Source: Longimicrobiales bacterium
GTDB taxonomy: Bacteria > Gemmatimonadota > Gemmatimonadetes > Longimicrobiales > Gaopeijiaceae
Direction: 5' to 3'
Length of the DNA: 64,000 nucleotides
NCBI GenBank assembly: GCA_965204735.1
Contig: OZ242008.1
Coordinates: 1,184,001 to 1,248,000, forward strand
Part shown: positions 58,787 to 64,000 of the stretch, piece after piece
How positions within the stretch are numbered: the stretch's first letter is position 1
Layout of the letters: every line of letters starts with the position of its first letter
Translations under genes and position numbers: made by a program
The notes under the pieces: generated by a model
The model's database searches: none
Seen by the model: only the letters and a program-made list of their open reading frames with translations
What the model was told of the DNA's origin: nothing

Positions 58787-59875
58787 CTACCACGTCCACC
58801 TCAGTCCCGCGACGGTTCGACGACCTTCGCGCCCCATGAAGAGTTCGCTGGTCACGGCCCCGTCGGGGCCGTCGCCCAAAGGACCGACGGGGACGGCAAG
58901 CGCAGTGGTAGTAGCCCGGACCGCGGCTTCGATCTCGGACAGCTCCCTCGCGGCCAGGACCCACTGGGTGCCTCCCCACGCCCCGAGTCCGCCGCCGACG
59001 CCCATGATCCACCTTCTGGCCTTTTCTGAGCTAGCCCGTCGGTCCAGGGCGTCCTCGTACTCTTCGGGCGTCTCGAAGTCTTCTGCCGTCGGCTCTCCGA
59101 AGTAGGGGATCCACTCGATCGTCGCGTAGCTTGCTCCCATGAGGAAGAGGCCCCACCACACCTTGGCTCTGCCCGACGAACGCTTTTCCTGGGCTTGGAC
59201 GTACCGTTCGTCGATGGAAGGCGCGGAGGCTTGTCGAAGGTTCAACCCCAGCTTGCGCGTGTTCCGCCAACCGTAGCCCCACTGGAATGCGCCCCAGGCG
59301 CCGAGACCGGCACTCAGGCCAGTGACGACGGATCGGCCCGTTTCGGCAGCTTGGCGCTGGTCCACGGCGGACAGATAGTCTTCGTCGCTGTCGTAGTCCG
59401 CCGTGTCGGGAACCTGCAGGGGCGGAATGTACTCCAGCGCCGCGTAGGCGGCAGCCGCCAGCACGACGCCCCAAATGACCTTCTTCCGTCCCGACCGTCG
59501 GCGCCCCATCTCCCTCTCGTACTGACGCTCCAGGTCGGGTATGGACATCTCGGCGGCGGCCGCCCCTCCGGTCGTCTGGGCGATTCCTCCCGTGGGAACT
59601 CGCATTCCCACTATCTCCACTTCGCTGGCCAGGACGTACCCCACCAAGTTCTCCTGGCCCGTCTCTCCCGGAAGCGAGATCGCGTAGTAAGGGCCGGATT
59701 CGCCGACCCAGTCCACCAGCGTGCCGGCGGAGAGCGTAGTGATGACCGGGCTGGAGGCGTCGGGGTCGAGCCGCACGGAGACCTCGTCCGACACGGTGCG
59801 GACTTGCTGGGCGTGCAGCGTCGCCCCTCCCGACGCAAGCACCAGGAGGGAGACGGCGAAGGCTGATCGGATCAA
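58787..59875 (-). CDS. secreted SH3b-like protein with duplicated hydrophobic hairpin and C-terminal beta-signal-like end
   Basis: Signal peptide; VRLDPDASSPVITTL...GYVLASEV; two SGRxKVxWG...GLGAWGxxQW repeats; ends VAGLRWTW; AAGGA before TTG 59875. Confidence 0.65.
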   Translation of the reverse strand: MIRSAFAVSLLVLASGGATLHAQQVRTVSDEVSVRLDPDASSPVITTLSAGTLVDWVGESGPYYAISLPGETGQENLVGYVLASEVEIVGMRVPTGGIAQTTGGAAAAEMSIPDLERQYEREMGRRRSGRKKVIWGVVLAAAAYAALEYIPPLQVPDTADYDSDEDYLSAVDQRQAAETGRSVVTGLSAGLGAWGAFQWGYGWRNTRKLGLNLRQASAPSIDERYVQAQEKRSSGRAKVWWGLFLMGASYATIEWIPYFGEPTAEDFETPEEYEDALDRRASSEKARRWIMGVGGGLGAWGGTQWVLAARELSEIEAAVRATTTALAVPVGPLGDGPDGAVTSELFMGREGRRTVAGLRWTW

Positions 59876-60084
59876 TGGAGTTTCCTTTGGTTGATTGGGC
59901 CGCAAGCGCTGACGGTGGGCCACGTATCGTAGCCCTGCGCCCGAGCAACAACTACGTCAGAATCGGGTCAGTTTATGTCGATATCCGATCCGCACTTCTG
60001 ATGCCGGCCTTTCTGGCACTTCGACTGACCTGCACCTCCAGATTCGGCTCCAGAAGCGCTCGTGCCCTGTCCGGCTGTGCCGCG

Positions 60085-60165
60085 GCCCCCATCGATCTCT
60101 GCCGAGAAGGCGCGATGTCGCCAACACCAACGAAGCTGAGCACCGCCGAGTCCGGCGTGACGTTT
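60085..60165 (-). pseudogene. possible frameshifted fragment of an Ig-like (Big_2-type) domain gene
   Basis: Minus strand reads VTPDSAVLSFVG.GDIA then FSAEIDG in a shifted frame. Confidence 0.25.
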
Positions 60166-60237
60166 CTGCCTACTCCCTCAACTCAACTCAACTGTGCCGG
60201 ACTGGCCCACGTACCATCCAGTCCGCCCCTACTACTA

Positions 60238-63057
60238 CTACTGGCAGGAGCCGGGCCGGCAGGCGTATTTCGAAGCGTCTTCGATTGTGTACTGCAAGGC
60301 CTCTGTAGCGTCCACATGAAAGGTCTCGCCGTCCACCACGACCGGGCCGCCCAGCCGAATCGAATCGCCGGCCAACGCGTGTCCGTGGTTCGGGCAAAAT
60401 CCGTAACCGGTCTCGTAGTCGTATCTCGTGGCGTCGCCGCTGCACACTTCCGACTTCGGCAAGACCCGGCCGGGACCGCCGATGAACGGAACCCGGCTCG
60501 CACCGATCGACATGATCGTGCCGTAGGTCACTGTTCTGCCGCCGGTGAGGGCAATCTCGCCTTTGTATCCCCAGCCGCTCGGATGAAAGATGTATTCAAC
60601 GCTCTTCCCGATGTAGTACCCAGGATGGTGATATAACCCCAGGTTGTGACCGATCTCGTGCGCGACAACTCCTATGAAGTTATTGCGCCGGATGGGGTGA
60701 TTCACGTTGGGCATCTTGCGGCCGCTGAAACAATACGGGTCGGTAAGGGCGATACTGGGCCATTGGCGTGCATCCTCTAGAGAGTCGCCTTTGTTGCGAA
60801 CGCCTGCCATGCCACAGATACCGCCGCCAGTCCCCGATTGTATTATATGTATCAGATCAACCTTCAACACCGCCCTCGCGCTTTCAGCCAGGCCCGAGGC
60901 TGTTGCATATAGTGCGACATTGTTACGAACCATATTGTCATACTGACAACGGACGAAGTGCTTGTAGTCTTGATAGGCCACAATGACGGGCCGGAATTCG
61001 ATGTTCACTCCAGACCTCTGGAAGATGCCCGTCACCTCAGGAACTCCGACTTCCGTCATCCACTCGGCCCAACCGCCCCGCCAATACTCCTTGTCCAATA
61101 TGAAGGCGACGTCGATCACATACGTCGTGTTCGGATCGGCCTTCCTGCCCAGCCATTTCGCAGTCGCTGAGCGACGAGTCGCACCTGTGCCTCTTGCAAA
61201 CACCATGTCGCCGCCGACGACCTGGAAGAGCTTATCGAATCCGGCTTGCTTGGCACAGTTCAAGGAGCCACGGCCCCCAGTGGAATCGGCATCGATGGAG
61301 AACTCCAGCGACGGCGAGCCCCCGAACGACAACGCATAGCGGCCGGCCTGATAGACCCGCGTTGTGTCGCCCCAGACCCACCGCCATGCGTCTTGAGGGC
61401 CGGGCGGCTGGACCTCGACTACCGTCTGCGAGCCCGTCGCGACCACCGACACCTGGTCGTCGCAGATCGGGCCGCAGCTGTCCGTGCCGCCCCAGCGCCG
61501 CGCCGCCAGGTCCCAGCCGCTGTCGTGCGCGTTGCCCACCGTCTTCACCTCCAGCATCCGCAGCACGTTCGCCACCGCGCCCGGATCGCCCGCGTCCAGC
61601 GGCAGCCAGCCCGCCGCGCCCGCCGGGCCGGGCTCGTACCCGTCGATCGCGATCTTCACCACCGTCCGGGGATCGCCCGTGCTCGCGCTCGTCTCCGCGC
61701 CGTCGCTCGACACGAACGACCAGCCCACGCGAGGAACCGTCGTCACCTTCATCGCACGCGAGCAGTTGTTCCCCGTCTCCCGCTCCCCCTCCACCGCCTC
61801 CACGCACGCGCCGACCCACGACACGCTCCACAACGCCGACGCCGAATCCGCACCGTACTCCGCCGCCAGCCTCGCCGACCCGCCGCGCGCCAAAGCCTCC
61901 ACTTCCCGCGGCTCGCCCACGCGCTCGTCCGTCGCCTCGATCACCGAGTCCGGCGACACGTACGCCGCCACCGTCGTCGCCGCTGCCGACCCGGCGTCCT
62001 CGCCCACGTTGCGCACCTCGACCTCGAACTCGACGCTGCCGCCCGGCGCCAACGCCACACTGTCCCTCGACACTGCCGCCGCCAAGTCCGGCCTGCCCGT
62101 CACCGTCACTCTGATCGACTCCGAGCAGTTGTCGCCCGTGTCCGCCTCCCACTCCACCGGGTCCACGCACTCGCCCACATAGAGGATCGCCCCCAGTTCC
62201 GCCGCCGGGCTCACCGTGAACGAGCCCGTCCTGCTCGCCGACTCGCCCGGACCCAGCGCTGGCACTGGGGACGGCGCACCCACCACATCGTCCGAGGTCG
62301 TGATCATGTTGTCGGTCGACACGAACGTTCTCGCTCGGGTCGCTGCCGCCGCCGTGTCGCCCCGGTTGCGAACGGTGGCCACGTACTCGAAGCTGCCCCC
62401 CGCCCAAGTCGCCGCGCCGGCGGGCGACAGGCTCGCCGTCAAGTCCGGCAGGACCGCTAACGCCGTCGCCCGGACCTCGGCCGACACGCCGTCGCGCACC
62501 GTTGCCGCCAGCACTTGCTCGCCGCCCGAGTCCCCAAGCGTCCATCTTGTGGACGCGAGCCCGGTCGAATCGCTTCGCGCCGCCCAGGGATCGGCTGTGC
62601 CGTGGCCCTCCGCCGGCACGAACGTCACGCTCGCACCCGGCACTGGCGAACCGCCCGCGTCCAAGAGCCGCACGACGACAGGCTCCCGAAGCGACTCGCC
62701 GACACGGGCCCACTGGTCGGCGCCCGCAAACGGCTCCACCACTGCGACCGCTCCTTCGTGCGGCTCCGTGCCCGACTCGCCGCACGCGGCAAGCCCCGAT
62801 GCGCTGAAGATGAGTGCAAGAGACGGCCACTTGCAACGACTTGGACCACTTCGCCTCGGCAACACTGCCACAGAAAACGTACATCCCAGCTTGCGACGTT
62901 CCTTGCCACGCCGAGCTTCAGCACCCGTGCACGGCTCCGGTTGCGGCGTCGCCTCAGCGTCGGCCCATCGCACCGCCGTGCCGACACCATGCAAACACTT
63001 CAGCCAACCGATTCGTTCCAACTGGCGTCTCGTCTCATCATATTCATTCATTGTCAA
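60238..63057 (-). CDS. lipoprotein with Ig-like and two CARDB-like domains and C-terminal metzincin peptidase (true start probably near 62870)
   Basis: GLAAC lipobox; PDL...VRNxG...NNCS repeats; HEIGHNLGLYH zinc motif with TIMS Met-turn. Confidence 0.8.
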   Translation of the reverse strand: MTMNEYDETRRQLERIGWLKCLHGVGTAVRWADAEATPQPEPCTGAEARRGKERRKLGCTFSVAVLPRRSGPSRCKWPSLALIFSASGLAACGESGTEPHEGAVAVVEPFAGADQWARVGESLREPVVVRLLDAGGSPVPGASVTFVPAEGHGTADPWAARSDSTGLASTRWTLGDSGGEQVLAATVRDGVSAEVRATALAVLPDLTASLSPAGAATWAGGSFEYVATVRNRGDTAAAATRARTFVSTDNMITTSDDVVGAPSPVPALGPGESASRTGSFTVSPAAELGAILYVGECVDPVEWEADTGDNCSESIRVTVTGRPDLAAAVSRDSVALAPGGSVEFEVEVRNVGEDAGSAAATTVAAYVSPDSVIEATDERVGEPREVEALARGGSARLAAEYGADSASALWSVSWVGACVEAVEGERETGNNCSRAMKVTTVPRVGWSFVSSDGAETSASTGDPRTVVKIAIDGYEPGPAGAAGWLPLDAGDPGAVANVLRMLEVKTVGNAHDSGWDLAARRWGGTDSCGPICDDQVSVVATGSQTVVEVQPPGPQDAWRWVWGDTTRVYQAGRYALSFGGSPSLEFSIDADSTGGRGSLNCAKQAGFDKLFQVVGGDMVFARGTGATRRSATAKWLGRKADPNTTYVIDVAFILDKEYWRGGWAEWMTEVGVPEVTGIFQRSGVNIEFRPVIVAYQDYKHFVRCQYDNMVRNNVALYATASGLAESARAVLKVDLIHIIQSGTGGGICGMAGVRNKGDSLEDARQWPSIALTDPYCFSGRKMPNVNHPIRRNNFIGVVAHEIGHNLGLYHHPGYYIGKSVEYIFHPSGWGYKGEIALTGGRTVTYGTIMSIGASRVPFIGGPGRVLPKSEVCSGDATRYDYETGYGFCPNHGHALAGDSIRLGGPVVVDGETFHVDATEALQYTIEDASKYACRPGSCQ

Positions 63058-64000
63058 TTTTTGTGATTAGGGTCAACGTACCTTGCGGCTCAGGCGCCTC
63101 TTGGAGCAACCGCGAGTGCAACCGCGAGTAGTCCGACTCAGCTTCCTCCACGACCAGCGAGTACTCCCCTCTGGTGTCGGCGGAGTAGCTCCCCGCGAGC
63201 ACCGTCACCTTTCCCGAGTCGGGCATGACGAACTCGATCTGGCTGTCCGAGCCCAGAGACCGATAGTCGTCCGAGTACTGCACCTCGCCGTCGCGCAGCA
63301 CGTACAGCACCGCGTCCACATCGCTCGACCGAGCCCGCACCACGACCCGCTTGCCCGAATCCGCCTCGACAGTCCACCTGCTCAGACGATGTCCCCGGAT
63401 CGGATCGACGAAGCTGGACCTGTCGGCCGAAGACAGAGAGTCAGACACCAAGTCCGGAACGGACAGGGGGGTGTCTCTGGACTCAGGCTGCGCCTCTTGG
63501 AGCAACCGCGAGTAGTCCGACTCAGCTTCCTCCACGACCAGCGAGTACTCCCCTCCGGTGTCGGCGGAGTAGCTCCCCGCGAGCACCGTCACCTTTCCCG
63601 AGTCGGGCATGACGAACTCGATCTGGCTGTCCGAGCCCAGAGACCGATAGTCGTCCGAGTACTGCACCTCGCCGTCGCGCAGCACGTACAGCACCGCGTC
63701 CACATCGCTCGACCGAGCCCGCACCACGACCCGCTTGCCCGAATCCGCCTCGACAGTCCACCTGCTCAGACGATGTCCCCGGATCGGATCGACGAAGCTG
63801 GACCTGTCGGCCGAAGACAGAGAGTCAGACACCAAGTCCGGAACGGACAGGGGGGTGTCTCTGGACTCAGGCTGCGCCTCTTGGAGCAACCGCGAGTAGT
63901 CCGACTCAGCTTCCTCCACGACCAGCGAGTACTCCCCTCCGGTGTCGGCGGAGTAGCTCCCCGCGAGCACCGTCACCTTTCCCGAGTCGGGCATGACGAA
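63044..64000 (-). CDS. protein of tandem PPC (pre-peptidase C-terminal)-like domains, 5' end outside window
   Basis: VRARSSDVDAVLYVL...SDD...DSQI...GEYSLVV repeated every 128 aa. Confidence 0.7.
   Translation of the reverse strand, partial: FVMPDSGKVTVLAGSYSADTGGEYSLVVEEAESDYSRLLQEAQPESRDTPLSVPDLVSDSLSSADRSSFVDPIRGHRLSRWTVEADSGKRVVVRARSSDVDAVLYVLRDGEVQYSDDYRSLGSDSQIEFVMPDSGKVTVLAGSYSADTGGEYSLVVEEAESDYSRLLQEAQPESRDTPLSVPDLVSDSLSSADRSSFVDPIRGHRLSRWTVEADSGKRVVVRARSSDVDAVLYVLRDGEVQYSDDYRSLGSDSQIEFVMPDSGKVTVLAGSYSADTRGEYSLVVEEAESDYSRLHSRLLQEAPEPQGTLTLITKIDNE
63121..64000. repeat. near-identical 384-nt tandem repeats (2 full + partial)
   Basis: Units start at 63121, 63505, 63889; one substitution noticed between the first two. 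Confidence 0.93.

Overview
High-GC bacterial chromosomal segment. Gene content (bamD-nadD-secA-radC order, plug-only TonB-type protein, Ig/CARDB lipoprotein, plant-type LRRs, Rpn and AAA-DUF4143 genes) suggests Gemmatimonadota, possibly a host-associated lineage; this is inference only. 1-49 kb is mostly housekeeping and metabolism: nucleotide-sugar genes, TPR/bamD/nadD/secA/radC, moeB, recQ, acylase, amidohydrolases, VPS10-type protein, M16 protease, paired COG3202 transporters, paired GT-C glycosyltransferases, gcdH, icd, msrB. It is interrupted by a stand-alone Type IIG-like R-M gene, a lone WYL-like gene and two small lower-GC islets. 49-53 kb is a defence-like islet: vapBC, an Rpn gene with an internal SD/ATG for a putative RpnS antitoxin, a methyltransferase remnant and an AAA-DUF4143 gene with a palindrome over its start. 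53-64 kb is the most interesting part, a tightly packed minus-strand cluster: SH3/duplicated-hairpin protein, TM-PG-binding-TolA-like-LRR protein, MotA/TolQ/ExbB channel, barrel-less TonB-plug protein, ExbD/MotB-like TM(Asp)-VWA protein, and an AraC-like regulator with an in-frame 36-nt homopolymer. I read this as a candidate uncharacterised ion-driven envelope motor system. Many gene ends carry short tandem duplications. No rRNA, tRNA, CRISPR array or integrase was recognised. All calls come from motif recognition by eye; no searches were run.
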